Positions 17,562 through 27,117 of a stretch of 64,000 bases of DNA are shown one piece after another; position 1 is the stretch's first letter, and every line of letters starts with the position of its first letter. Position numbers and translations under genes: made by a program. The notes beneath the pieces were generated by a model. It was given only the letters and a program-made list of their open reading frames with translations, did no database searches and was not told the DNA's origin. This DNA comes from an uncultured Acidimicrobiia bacterium (GTDB lineage Bacteria; Acidobacteriota; Vicinamibacteria; Vicinamibacterales; SCN-69-37), in NCBI GenBank assembly GCA_966252305.1, contig CBINOO010000005.1, positions 6,889-70,888 of the forward strand, given 5' to 3'.

Positions 17562-18506
17562 GTGACGCCGCGGCTGCTTGCGATCGTGGGGCCCACCGCC
17601 ACGGGAAAAACCGCGCTCGGCGTGGCCCTGGCTCAGCGGTTTGATGGTGAAGTGATTTCGTGTGATTCGACCGCGGTCTACCGCGGCCTCGACATCGGCA
17701 CCGACAAGCCCGGCGTCAGAGAACGTCAGGGGATCCCGCACCACCTGATTGATGTGGTCGAACCCACCGAGACCTACTCGGCGGCGCGGTACGCGACTGA
17801 CGCGTCGGCGGCCGCCCGCGACATCGTCGCCAGAGGAAAACTGCCAATCCTGGTCGGCGGCACCGGCTTCTATTATCGGGCCCTTGTGCGCGGACTGTTC
17901 CCGGGTCCAGCGGGTGAGGCGACACTGCGCACGAGGATCGACCGGGTCGCCGCGCGACGCGGTGTGGAGTATCTGCATCGATGGTTGTCGCGCGTTGATC
18001 CGGAGTCGGCCCTCCGCATTCAGCCCCGCGATCAGAAACGACTGCAGCGGGCGTTGGAGGTCTACCTGCTGACCGGCAAGCCGCTCACGGCACACTTCGC
18101 CGAGACACGGTCGCCGCTGGAAGGATGGCCGGTGCTGACCCTTGGCCTGCGTGATCCCCGGCCCGATCTCGAGGGTCGCGTCGCACGGCGCGTGGATGAG
18201 CAGTTCCAGCGAGGTGTGGTGCAGGAGGTGGACGCGCTGATCGCGTCAGGTGTCCCGGAAACCGCGCATGCCTTCACGGGCCTGGTCTACCGGCAGGTCA
18301 TGGACATGCGGCGCGGACTTCTGACGGAGGCCGACACGCGCGCGCTCATCGTCCGGGAGAACATGCGGTACGCTCGTCGTCAGGTGATGTGGTTTCGCGC
18401 AGAGCCCGGCGTGGAGTGGCGTGAGGGCGTCGGCACCGACGCGGATACGGTCGGGTGGGCCGTGGACCGGGTTGCGAGGTGGCGAGATGGCGAGATGGTG
18501 AGATGA
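17562..18506 (+). CDS. miaA: tRNA dimethylallyltransferase MiaA
   Basis: P-loop IVGPTATGKT and the following ISCDSTAVYRGLDIGTDKP, typical of MiaA. GTG start. Confidence 0.9.
   Translation: MTPRLLAIVGPTATGKTALGVALAQRFDGEVISCDSTAVYRGLDIGTDKPGVRERQGIPHHLIDVVEPTETYSAARYATDASAAARDIVARGKLPILVGGTGFYYRALVRGLFPGPAGEATLRTRIDRVAARRGVEYLHRWLSRVDPESALRIQPRDQKRLQRALEVYLLTGKPLTAHFAETRSPLEGWPVLTLGLRDPRPDLEGRVARRVDEQFQRGVVQEVDALIASGVPETAHAFTGLVYRQVMDMRRGLLTEADTRALIVRENMRYARRQVMWFRAEPGVEWREGVGTDADTVGWAVDRVARWRDGEMVR
18480..18506. repeat. 8-nt tandem repeat TGGYGAGA x3.4 spanning the miaA stop / deoB start junction
   Basis: TGGCGAGA TGGCGAGA TGGTGAGA TGA read directly. It creates ATGs at 18487, 18495 and 18503, one in each frame. 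Confidence 0.9.
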
Positions 18507-19693
18507 CGAATAGACGCGTCGTCCTGATCGTGATGGACTCGGTCGGGTGTGGAGAGTTGCCTGACGCCGGCCGGTATGGCGACGAGGGGTCGGACACCCT
18601 CGGACACATCGCCGACGCCGTGCCGCTGCGCGTGCCGACATTGCGTTCGCTGGGACTCGATCGTGTGGCGCGGATCAACGACGGCGCCAGCGCGGTTGTC
18701 GCGCGGCACGACGGGCCGATCCTCGGCGCGTACGGGCGCATGGCCGAGCAGTCACCGGGCAAAGACTCGGTCACGGGCCACTGGGAGATTGCCGGGCTGG
18801 TGCTCGATCGGCCGTTCCCGACGTTTCCTGACGGGTTTGACGCGAATACGATCGAACTCTTCGAGGCCCGGATTGGCCGCGGCACGCTCGGCAACGTCGT
18901 CGCGTCGGGGACGCAGATCATCGATGCGCTGGGGCCGGAGCATCTGGCGACCGGCAAACCCATCGTCTACACGTCGGCTGATTCGGTGTTCCAGATTGCC
19001 GCCCACGAGGATGTGGTGCCCATCGAGGAGTTGTACCGGTACTGCGCCGAGGCGTTTGATCTGGTCGGACGCGGCATGGGTGTGGGCCGGGTGATCGCGC
19101 GTCCGTTTGTCGGGACGCCCGGGGCGTTCCGTCGCACCTCCAACCGCCGCGACTATGCGCTCGATCCGTTTGGTGAGACCCTCCTGGATCGCGTCAAGGC
19201 GGCGGGTTTGCCCTGTGTGGGGATCGGCAAGATCGAGGATCTCTTCGCCGGGCGCGGACTGACCAGCGCGGAGCACACCACGTCTGACGACCACGGCATG
19301 GACGTGCTGACGGCCGCCATGGCGACGACCCCGAACGGGCTGATCTTCGTCAATCTCGTCGACTTCGATACGCAATATGGCCACCGCAATGACGTGGCTG
19401 GATACGCGGCCAATCTCGAACGGTTTGACGCGCGGCTGGCAGCGCTGCTTCCGCACCTGCGTCCGGATGATGTGCTGGTGGTGACGGCTGATCACGGTAA
19501 CGATCCGGCGACACCGTCGACCGATCATGCGCGCGAGTACGTACCGCTGCTGATGACCGGCGGCGGCGTGCGAGCCGGATGTGACCTTGGCACGAGGTCG
19601 ACATTTGCGGATCTGGGGCAGACCGTTGCCGATCTGCTGGGCGTCGGCACCCTGGCGCGCGGGACCTCGTGCGCGCGCGATCTGGGCCTCTGA
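18503..19693 (+). CDS. deoB: Phosphopentomutase DeoB
   Basis: VVLIVMDSVGCGELPDAGRYGDEGSDTLGHI metal-site N-terminus and C-terminal TADHGNDP motif. Start chosen at ATG 18503 (MTNRR) rather than the upstream extension that overlaps miaA. Confidence 0.88.
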   Translation: MTNRRVVLIVMDSVGCGELPDAGRYGDEGSDTLGHIADAVPLRVPTLRSLGLDRVARINDGASAVVARHDGPILGAYGRMAEQSPGKDSVTGHWEIAGLVLDRPFPTFPDGFDANTIELFEARIGRGTLGNVVASGTQIIDALGPEHLATGKPIVYTSADSVFQIAAHEDVVPIEELYRYCAEAFDLVGRGMGVGRVIARPFVGTPGAFRRTSNRRDYALDPFGETLLDRVKAAGLPCVGIGKIEDLFAGRGLTSAEHTTSDDHGMDVLTAAMATTPNGLIFVNLVDFDTQYGHRNDVAGYAANLERFDARLAALLPHLRPDDVLVVTADHGNDPATPSTDHAREYVPLLMTGGGVRAGCDLGTRSTFADLGQTVADLLGVGTLARGTSCARDLGL

Positions 19694-19729
19694 CCCGGCC
19701 TGTCAACCGCGTGGGATTAAGATCGCGTC

Positions 19730-20761
19730 ATGATTCGTGAAGAGCTCGAAGCGCGCGAAGACCAGGTGCTCGCGCCGCAGGCCACCCGCAGTCGGAACAG
19801 CCAGGGACGCCTGCGTCCAGAGCCGCCGGATCCGATCAGGCCGATTTTTCAGCGCGATCGCGACCGCATCATCCACTCAAAGGCCTTTCGACGCCTCAAA
19901 CACAAGACGCAGGTCTTTTTTGCTCCGGCCGGCGACCACTATCGCACCCGGCTCACGCACACGCTCGAGGTGTCACAGATTGCCCGCAGCATCGCCAAGG
20001 TGCTGCGCCTGCACGAAGAGCTGACTGAGGCCATTGCGCTCGGGCACGATCTCGGACATCCGCCGTTTGGCCACGCCGGCGAACGTGTCATCGATCGCCT
20101 GATGCCCGGAGGATTCAGCCATCACGAACAGAGCCTTCGCATCGTCGATGTGCTCGAGCACGGCCGACAGGGGCTCAATCTCTCCTGGGAAGTCCGCAAC
20201 GGCATCGCCAAACACTCCAAGGGCAAACACGGGTTGCCTGTCGGCGCGCCGCCGGAGCACCGCGCGGCCACCATCGAAGGGCAGATTGCGCGGGTGGCGG
20301 ACATCATCGCCTACGTCAACCACGACATCGACGATGCCGTCCGGGCCGGGGTGCTGGAGCCGGAAGCGTTGCCGGCGGCGGCGATTGCCCGGCTGGGACA
20401 GACCTCGTCGCAGCGAATCAACACGATGGTCACCGACGTGGTGAGGCAGACGCTGGATGGCGGCCTGACCGAGATCCGGATGAGTGATGAGGTGCTTTCC
20501 GCCACCCTGGAATTGCGGACGTTCCTGTTCCAGGCCGTGTACGAAAACCCCAGGGCGACGGCCGAGTTCGAGAAGGCGGAGGGCATCCTGGGCGGGTTGT
20601 GGGACAAGGTGCGGAACCGGCCGGACCGCTTTCTGGATGCCGTCACGCTTGAATCCGAGGGGCTGGACGCCGCCGTGCGGGACTTCGTGGCCGGCATGAC
20701 CGACCGGTACGCGGTGTCCCTGTTCGAAGACCTGTTCGTGCCACGCTCCTGGAGCGTTTGA
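19730..20761 (+). CDS. dgt: dGTP triphosphohydrolase-like HD-domain protein
   Basis: RDRDRIIHSKAFRRLKHKTQVF and RLTHTLEVSQIARSIA (HD domain) signatures. Confidence 0.85.
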   Translation: MIREELEAREDQVLAPQATRSRNSQGRLRPEPPDPIRPIFQRDRDRIIHSKAFRRLKHKTQVFFAPAGDHYRTRLTHTLEVSQIARSIAKVLRLHEELTEAIALGHDLGHPPFGHAGERVIDRLMPGGFSHHEQSLRIVDVLEHGRQGLNLSWEVRNGIAKHSKGKHGLPVGAPPEHRAATIEGQIARVADIIAYVNHDIDDAVRAGVLEPEALPAAAIARLGQTSSQRINTMVTDVVRQTLDGGLTEIRMSDEVLSATLELRTFLFQAVYENPRATAEFEKAEGILGGLWDKVRNRPDRFLDAVTLESEGLDAAVRDFVAGMTDRYAVSLFEDLFVPRSWSV

Positions 20762-20829
20762 GGCGGCCGGGTCGGCTGCCGTGGTAAAATCCCGGTTTGC
20801 ACTTCCGGCTCCGGCCGGCAGAGTACGAC

Positions 20830-21375
20830 ATGAAGCTCGACATCAGCCGCCTGCGCGCGGGCACAGAGCCCGTTGACCAGACGTTCTCGCAGGAGGCGTT
20901 TGCCGACCTGAAGGAAGATTTTCAGGTCGCCGGCCCCACGCGTCTGACCGGAACGGTCAAGCGGGCGGGAACGGTGGTGACCCTCGATGGGCGCGTCACC
21001 TCGGCCCTGAGTGTGCCGTGCAGCCGGTGCCTGGAGGCCTTCGAGGTGCCGGTTGACGCGACCTTCGAGACGCGCCTTGTGCCGCCCGGGGAATTTGCCA
21101 AGGTCACGGCGCAGTCCGTCGACTCAGGCGAGATCGAGGGCGGGGTTGATGGGCCGGTGGTCGGGCTTGCGGAGTACCGCGACGAGGCCATCGATCTCGA
21201 CGAGGTGGTGCGGGAGCAATTTTTCCTCGCGCTGCCCATGAAGCCGCTGTGCCGCGAGGAATGCCTGGGCCTGTGCCCCGTGTGTGGAACAAATCGCAAC
21301 CGCGAACAGTGCGGCTGCAAACAGGAATGGGTCGATCCGCGGCTCGCCGCGTTGGCCAACTTCAAGAAGCAATAG
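20830..21375 (+). CDS. yceD: YceD/DUF177 family protein (large-subunit ribosome maturation associated)
   Basis: Cys pairs CSRCLEAF and CLGLCPVCGTNRN. Conserved position immediately upstream of rpmF. The start could alternatively be 20797. Confidence 0.75.
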   Translation: MKLDISRLRAGTEPVDQTFSQEAFADLKEDFQVAGPTRLTGTVKRAGTVVTLDGRVTSALSVPCSRCLEAFEVPVDATFETRLVPPGEFAKVTAQSVDSGEIEGGVDGPVVGLAEYRDEAIDLDEVVREQFFLALPMKPLCREECLGLCPVCGTNRNREQCGCKQEWVDPRLAALANFKKQ

Positions 21376-21390
21376 CCAGGGACTACGACG

Positions 21391-21573
21391 ATGCCGAATC
21401 CAAAACGCCGACACTCAAAGGCCCGCACCGCCAAGCGCCGCACGCACGACGCGCTGACCAAGCCGAACCCGACCAACTGCCCGCAGTGCCAGGAACCCAA
21501 GCTGCCGCACGTGGTCTGCCGCAACTGCGGCTACTACAACGGCCGCCAGGTCCGCGCGGTCAAGGAAGACTGA
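21391..21573 (+). CDS. rpmF: 50S ribosomal protein L32
   Basis: MPNPKRRHSKARTAKRR start and a CPQC...CRNCG zinc-ribbon. 60 aa. Confidence 0.95.
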   Translation: MPNPKRRHSKARTAKRRTHDALTKPNPTNCPQCQEPKLPHVVCRNCGYYNGRQVRAVKED

Positions 21574-21577
21574 GTCT

Positions 21578-22585
21578 CTGCCGACGCCAATCGTCGCCGT
21601 TGACGCGCTCGGGGGCGATCAGGCCCCTGCAGCCGTCATTGCCGGCGCGCTGCTGGCCGCCCGCGAACTGGACGTTTCCATTCGTCTGGTCGGCCCAGCG
21701 TCCCTCCTTGCAGAAGAACTGAATCGCCTGGGCGGGGCCGGGGTCGACCGGGTCGCGGTCGTCGACGCCCCGGAGGGCATTGCCATGGACGAAGCGCCGC
21801 TGCAGGCCTTGCGCCGCAAGCCGAAGGCGTCCATCAAGGTCGCGGCCGACGACGTGGCGGCGGGCCGGGCGAATGCGCTGTACAGCGCCGGCCACACCGG
21901 GGCCACGCTGATGGCCGCGCATGCGGCCTTCGGCCTGTTGCCGGGGGCGGAACGACCGGCGCTGGCGGTCCTGGTGCCGACGCTGGCGGGTGAGACCGTC
22001 CTGCTCGATACGGGGGCGACACTCGATTGCCGGCCGGACCACCTGTGCGCCTTCGCCCTGATGGGGGGCGCGTGGGCGCGAATGGCGCTCAGTATCGCCC
22101 GTCCCCGGGTGGGCCTGCTCTCGGTCGGAGAAGAGGACGGCAAGGGCAACGAGTTGGTGAGGAATGCCAGCAGCCTGTTGCGCGCGGCCGGCGATCTCAA
22201 TTTTGTCGGCAACCTCGAGGCGCGGGACCTGTTCACCGGGAAGGCCGACGTCGTCGTCTGTGACGGGTTTACCGGGAACATCGCACTCAAGGTCGGCGAA
22301 GGGCTCGTGGACACGCTGGAGCGCATGCTGAAGCGGGAGATTGGGGATTCCTGGGCCGCACACCTGGCCAATCGGCTTGTCGGCGGCGGATTCAAGCGCC
22401 TTCGTCGTCGTGTGGATGCCGCCGAGCGTGGCGGGGCCCCCCTGCTGGGCGTGAATGGGCTGGTGGTCGTGGGACACGGGCGATCGACCGAGCCGGTCGT
22501 TCGCAATGGAATTGCCACCGCCGCGCAGCTGGTCAAGGGTGATGCGCTGGCTCGGTTCGGCGAGGCGTTGAGAATCAGCCGGTGA
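21578..22585 (+). CDS. plsX: Phosphate acyltransferase PlsX (apparent non-canonical CTG start)
   Basis: The conserved N-terminus IVAVDALGGDQAP is encoded from about 21590, upstream of the first ATG/GTG/TTG in this frame (21785). The frame is open from 21458. A CTG at 21578 lies 9 nt after an AAGGAAG Shine-Dalgarno sequence in the rpmF 3' end. Confidence 0.8.
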   Translation: MPTPIVAVDALGGDQAPAAVIAGALLAARELDVSIRLVGPASLLAEELNRLGGAGVDRVAVVDAPEGIAMDEAPLQALRRKPKASIKVAADDVAAGRANALYSAGHTGATLMAAHAAFGLLPGAERPALAVLVPTLAGETVLLDTGATLDCRPDHLCAFALMGGAWARMALSIARPRVGLLSVGEEDGKGNELVRNASSLLRAAGDLNFVGNLEARDLFTGKADVVVCDGFTGNIALKVGEGLVDTLERMLKREIGDSWAAHLANRLVGGGFKRLRRRVDAAERGGAPLLGVNGLVVVGHGRSTEPVVRNGIATAAQLVKGDALARFGEALRISR

Positions 22586-22609
22586 GTGTGCTGAAGTAGG
22601 AAGGCTGTC

Positions 22610-23350
22610 ATGTTCATGCTCACGGGTCGAGTGGCCCTGGTCACCGGGGCGTCACGAGGAATTGGACGCGCGATTGCGACTTCGCTCGCGGCCGGGGGCG
22701 CGCACGTGATCGCGGCCGCCCGTGGCGACAACGCGTCGGCCACGGTCGAAGCCATCGCCGCCTCCGGCGGCTCGGCCGAAGTCGCCTCGCTCGACATCAC
22801 CGACGCCCCCGGCGTCGAGCGCGTCGTCAAGGCGGCGCTCGAGGCGCATGGCCGCATCGACATCCTGGTCAACAACGCCGGCATTACCCGCGATCAGCTG
22901 ATGCTCCGCATGAAACGCGACGACTGGGATGCCGTGATTGCGGCCAATCTCACCGGCGCCTACACCTGCGTGCAGGCCGTCCTGAAGAGCATGGTGCGGG
23001 CCCGCGCGGGGCGCATCATCAACATCACCTCGGTCGTGGGCGAAGCCGGCAACGCCGGACAGGTGAACTACGCGGCGTCGAAAGCCGGGTTGATCGGTTT
23101 CACCAAGGCGCTCGCGCTCGAGGTGGCCTCCCGCGGCATCACGGTGAACGCGGTGGCCCCGGGGCTCATCGATACCGACATGACGCGCGCCATCTCGGAC
23201 GGCGCGCACGAAGAGTGGGCGAAGAAGATTCCGCTGCAGCGTCTCGGCACGCCCGACGACATTGCCGGCGCCGTGCGTTTCCTGGCGTCGGACGAGGCAG
23301 CGTATATTACGGGACACGTGCTTGCCGTAAACGGCGGCATGCACACGTAG
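22610..23350 (+). CDS. fabG: 3-oxoacyl-ACP reductase FabG
   Basis: SDR motifs [16 protein letters not shown] and YAASKAG. Sits in plsX/acpP/fabF context. Confidence 0.9.
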   Translation: MFMLTGRVALVTGASRGIGRAIATSLAAGGAHVIAAARGDNASATVEAIAASGGSAEVASLDITDAPGVERVVKAALEAHGRIDILVNNAGITRDQLMLRMKRDDWDAVIAANLTGAYTCVQAVLKSMVRARAGRIINITSVVGEAGNAGQVNYAASKAGLIGFTKALALEVASRGITVNAVAPGLIDTDMTRAISDGAHEEWAKKIPLQRLGTPDDIAGAVRFLASDEAAYITGHVLAVNGGMHT

Positions 23351-23370
23351 ACCAGTACAAGGAGCATCGA

Positions 23371-23610
23371 ATGGCCGTTGCAGATCAGGTTAAGAAGATC
23401 ATCGTGGAACAGTTGGGCGTGGACGAGGATGAAGTGACGCCGGATGCGTCGTTTGTGGACGACCTCGGCGCGGATTCGCTCGACACCGTCGAACTGGTGA
23501 TGGCCTTCGAAGAGGAATTCAGCATCGAAATCCCCGACGAAGACGCGGAGAAGATCACCCGCGTGAAGGACGCCATCGAGTACATCGACAAGCACGCGAA
23601 GAAGAAGTGA
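23371..23610 (+). CDS. acpP: Acyl carrier protein
   Basis: 79 aa with the [20 protein letters not shown] phosphopantetheine-attachment motif. A GGAG Shine-Dalgarno sequence lies upstream of ATG 23371. Confidence 0.95.
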   Translation: MAVADQVKKIIVEQLGVDEDEVTPDASFVDDLGADSLDTVELVMAFEEEFSIEIPDEDAEKITRVKDAIEYIDKHAKKK

Positions 23611-24848
23611 GCAGACGAGTTGTCATCACCGGCGTAGGCCTGGTGTCGTCGGTGGGCCTGGGCACCGACGCCACCTGGGAAGGTGTGTGTGCCGGACGCA
23701 GCGGTATCGGGCCCATTACCCGATTCGATGCGTCCCAGCATGCATCGCGGATTGCGGGCGAGGTCAAGGGCTTCGATCCGCTCAATTTCGTCGAGAAGAA
23801 GGAGGTCAAGAAGATCGACCTCTTCATTCAGTTCGCGATTGCGGCTTCGCAATTCGCGGTCGACGACGCGCGACTGGTGGTGGCGCCGGAAACCGCCGAC
23901 CGCACGGGGGTGTTCATCGCCTCGGGCATCGGCGGCTTCCTCACAATCGAAAACGAGCACAAGGAACTGCTCAACGGCGGTCCCCGACGGATATCGCCGT
24001 TTTTTATCCCCGCCTCGATCATCAATCTCGCGGCGGGCCATGTCTCGATCCGGTTCGGCGCCAAGGGGCCGAACCTGGCCACGTGCACCGCGTGCACGGC
24101 TTCGGCGCACGCGATTGGCGAATCGTTCGAAATCATTCGCCGCGGTGACGCCGACACCATGATTGCGGGCGGCTCGGAGATGGCCATCACCCCCATGGGT
24201 GTGGGCGGCTTCGCGTCGATGCGCGCGCTCTCCACCCGGAACGACGAGCCGACGCGAGCGAGCCGGCCGTTTGACAAGGACCGCGACGGTTTTGTCATCG
24301 GTGAGGGCGCCGGCATCGTGATTCTCGAAGAGCTGGAAACGGCCAAGGCCCGCGGCGCGCAGATCTACGCCGAAGTGGTGGGCTACGGGCTCTCGTCGGA
24401 CGCATACCACCTCACGGGCCAGCCGCCCGATGCGGACGGCGCCGTGCGGTCCATGCAGATGGCGTTGCGCAAGGCCGGCGTCACGCCCGATCAGGTCAAC
24501 TACATCAACGCGCACGGCACGTCGACGCCCATCAATGACCCCACCGAAACGATGGCGGTCAAGCGCGTGTTCGGCGACCACGCCTACAAGCTGGTGATGT
24601 CATCCACCAAGTCGATGACCGGCCACCTGCTGGGCGCCGCCGGTGGTCTTGAGGCCGGCATCACCGCGCTCGCGATTCGGCATCAGATTGCGCCGCCGAC
24701 GGCCAATCTCGACGCGCCCGATCCGGCGTGTGATCTCGACTACGCGCCGCACACGGCCCGTCGGATGACGATCGACTACGCGTTGTCGAATTCTTTCGGC
24801 TTCGGTGGCACCAACGGCACGTTGCTGTTGAAGCGCTACGACGCCTGA
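23607..24848 (+). CDS. fabF: 3-oxoacyl-ACP synthase II FabF
   Basis: Active-site context [14 protein letters not shown], plus the HGTSTP and GFGGTNG motifs. GTGA overlap with acpP. Confidence 0.92.
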   Translation: MSRRVVITGVGLVSSVGLGTDATWEGVCAGRSGIGPITRFDASQHASRIAGEVKGFDPLNFVEKKEVKKIDLFIQFAIAASQFAVDDARLVVAPETADRTGVFIASGIGGFLTIENEHKELLNGGPRRISPFFIPASIINLAAGHVSIRFGAKGPNLATCTACTASAHAIGESFEIIRRGDADTMIAGGSEMAITPMGVGGFASMRALSTRNDEPTRASRPFDKDRDGFVIGEGAGIVILEELETAKARGAQIYAEVVGYGLSSDAYHLTGQPPDADGAVRSMQMALRKAGVTPDQVNYINAHGTSTPINDPTETMAVKRVFGDHAYKLVMSSTKSMTGHLLGAAGGLEAGITALAIRHQIAPPTANLDAPDPACDLDYAPHTARRMTIDYALSNSFGFGGTNGTLLLKRYDA

Positions 24849-24884
24849 GCCCGGGCCGAGCGCTCGGCCCCGTCTGGACACACG

Positions 24885-25646
24885 ATGAAGATTGCAGTCT
24901 GTATCAAGCAGGTCGTGTCACGTGAGTGGCAGGTACGCGTCAACGACGCCCGCACATGGGTGCGCGACGATGATGCGGCGTGGGAGCTCAACGAACCCGA
25001 TGCGTACGCGCTCGAGGAGGCCCTGCGACTCAAGGAAAAACACGGCGGCGAAGTGGTCGTCATCTCCGCCGGACCGGCACGCGCCGTGCAGGTCATTCGG
25101 GAAGCGCTGGCGCGCGGCGCCGATCGCGCCATCCACGTCGAGAGTGACGCCCTGGCGACCGCCGATGCGTTCGTCGTGGGTGACGCGCTGGCCGCTGCGC
25201 TCAAGGACGAGGCGTGCGACCTGATCCTGACGGGATTGCAGTCCGATGATCAGGGCTTCGCGCAGGTGGGTGTCATCCTTGCCGAGCGCCTCGGCATGCC
25301 GCACTCGACCATCATCATGGAAGTGCAGGTGGACGGCGCCACGTTGCGGGTCAAGCGCGAACTGGAAGGCGGCTGGTTCCAGTGGATTGCCATGCCGCTG
25401 CCCGCCGTGCTGACGATCCAGAGCGGCATCAACCAGCTCCGCTACGCCACGCTCAAGGGCATCATGGCGGCGAAGAAGAAGACGATTGCGACGGTGCAGG
25501 TGCCGGCAGCAGCCGCAGCGCGCCAGCGCATCGTGTCGATTTACGTCCCGGAGAAGACCAAGGCCACGCGCCTCATCGAAGGCTCACCGGCTGAGGCGGC
25601 TGCCGAACTGGTGCGCGTGTTGCGCGAAGATGCGAGGGTGTTCTGA
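24885..25646 (+). CDS. etfB: Electron transfer flavoprotein beta subunit
   Basis: MKIAVCIKQV start, 253 aa, followed by etfA. Confidence 0.88.
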   Translation: MKIAVCIKQVVSREWQVRVNDARTWVRDDDAAWELNEPDAYALEEALRLKEKHGGEVVVISAGPARAVQVIREALARGADRAIHVESDALATADAFVVGDALAAALKDEACDLILTGLQSDDQGFAQVGVILAERLGMPHSTIIMEVQVDGATLRVKRELEGGWFQWIAMPLPAVLTIQSGINQLRYATLKGIMAAKKKTIATVQVPAAAAARQRIVSIYVPEKTKATRLIEGSPAEAAAELVRVLREDARVF

Positions 25647-25648
25647 TC

Positions 25649-26608
25649 ATGGTGCTCGTCGTTGCTGAACAGAAGGACGGAGTCGTCAATCGCGCATCAT
25701 GGGAGGCCCTGGCGGCCGCTCAGCAGATGGGTGATTCGATTACCGTCGTGTTGCCCGGTGCGTCAGTGGCGGGGCCGGCGGCGGAGTTGGCGGCAGCCGA
25801 TGTCTCCGGAGTCGTGGCCCTCGAGCACGACGCCCTCGGCGTATACACGCCGGACGGATTCGTGGCAGCGCTGGCGGCCTTCATCACCGCAGAGGCCCCC
25901 AGCCACGTGGTACTCCCACACACCTATCAGACGCGTGACTTTGCCCCGAAGCTCGCCGCCCGTCTCAACGCTCCTCTGGCAGCCGATTGTGTGGGCCTGA
26001 AGTCGGTTGATGGCCAGACCGTCTACGTGCGCCTGATGTTCCAAGGCAAGGTCAACGCGGATGTCGTGCTCGAAGGCAGTGGCCCACACATCGTGACGTT
26101 CCAGATCGGCGCGTTCCGCAGTGACGCTGCTCGCAAGGGCAGCGCCCCGGCAGCCGTGCGCCAGGTGGCGGCACAGGTGGATCCCTCCGCGATTCGCCAG
26201 AAGCCCGAAGCCCCGTTCCGCGAAGCCAAGCAGGCCGTTGACCTGTCGCAGGCTGAGCGCATCGTGTCAGTCGGCCGCGGCATCAAGGGCCCGGAGCACA
26301 TCGAGCTGGCCAAGCAGCTGGCGGAAGCCCTGGGGGCCGAGTTGGCCGCGTCCCGTCCAATCTGCGACGCCGGCTGGCTCCCGATGGAGCGGCAGGTCGG
26401 CAGCTCCGGCCAAACCGTGGCACCGAAGCTGTACCTCGCCCTCGGGATCTCGGGCGCGATTCAGCACGTCGTCGGCATGAAGGGCACACGCACCATCGTG
26501 GCGATCAACAAGGACGCCGAGGCGCCGATCTTCGAGATCGCCGACTACGGGATCGTCGGCGACCTGTTCGACGTCGTGCCAGCGATGACCGCCGCGCTCA
26601 AGGCCTAG
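25649..26608 (+). CDS. etfA: Electron transfer flavoprotein alpha subunit
   Basis: C-terminal FAD-binding signature PKLYLALGISGAIQHVVGM...IVAINKD. Confidence 0.9.
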   Translation: MVLVVAEQKDGVVNRASWEALAAAQQMGDSITVVLPGASVAGPAAELAAADVSGVVALEHDALGVYTPDGFVAALAAFITAEAPSHVVLPHTYQTRDFAPKLAARLNAPLAADCVGLKSVDGQTVYVRLMFQGKVNADVVLEGSGPHIVTFQIGAFRSDAARKGSAPAAVRQVAAQVDPSAIRQKPEAPFREAKQAVDLSQAERIVSVGRGIKGPEHIELAKQLAEALGAELAASRPICDAGWLPMERQVGSSGQTVAPKLYLALGISGAIQHVVGMKGTRTIVAINKDAEAPIFEIADYGIVGDLFDVVPAMTAALKA

Positions 26609-26634
26609 GCGCGAGCCGCGCGACCGGGGCAGCG

Positions 26635-26886
26635 CTACGGCCGCGCGAGCAGCCCGACGAACCCGGTGAGGATGGCGAGCAGTGTCGCAAACTGCAGAGC
26701 CACGACCCACACGAACCGCTTGTCGAGCGTGTCGAACCGTCGCTCCATCCTGTCATCCAGGGTGGAGATCATGGTCTTGAGGTCGGTGTTGGCGTGCTGC
26801 ATGTGTTCCCGGTGGTCCTGCATGCGCTCCTCCAGTGCGCGTCCGCGCGTTTCCAACGTGATAAGCCGTTCTTCCGCTGTTGACAT
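26635..26886 (-). CDS. Small coiled-coil protein with C-terminal transmembrane anchor, unknown function (83 aa)
   Basis: ATG 26886 is preceded by a strong AAGGAGAG Shine-Dalgarno sequence. The product is a heptad-like charged helix (EERLITLETRGRALEERMQDHREHM...) followed by a hydrophobic tail VWVVALQFATLLAILTGFVGLL. GC content looks locally lower than in neighbouring genes. Confidence 0.55.
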   Translation of the reverse strand: MSTAEERLITLETRGRALEERMQDHREHMQHANTDLKTMISTLDDRMERRFDTLDKRFVWVVALQFATLLAILTGFVGLLARP

Positions 26887-27117
26887 AGGCGTCTCTCCTT
26901 TGAGATGAGCCTTGTGCACGATTCGATCCGGCTTCGCGCTTAGTCATTTCCCAGCTGGAAACCGATACCGTTGCAGAAACTGCAATGAATGCCCGAGCCG
27001 CAATTGAAAGAATCGCGATCAGTCGCTCCGGCCTTCTGACGACGACGATGCCATCGTCCATCGAAACATGCAACTCGCCGCAAGGTCCGTGCCCGGGCCG
27101 CGGCTGCGCGTCGCGGT

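Noticed and set aside
26753-27073. 106-aa minus-strand ORF overlapping the small coiled-coil gene and its upstream region
   Set aside because: It is out of frame with the better-supported 83-aa gene, which has the strong Shine-Dalgarno sequence. It has no Shine-Dalgarno sequence of its own, and its C-terminal half is low-complexity Arg/Gly/His.
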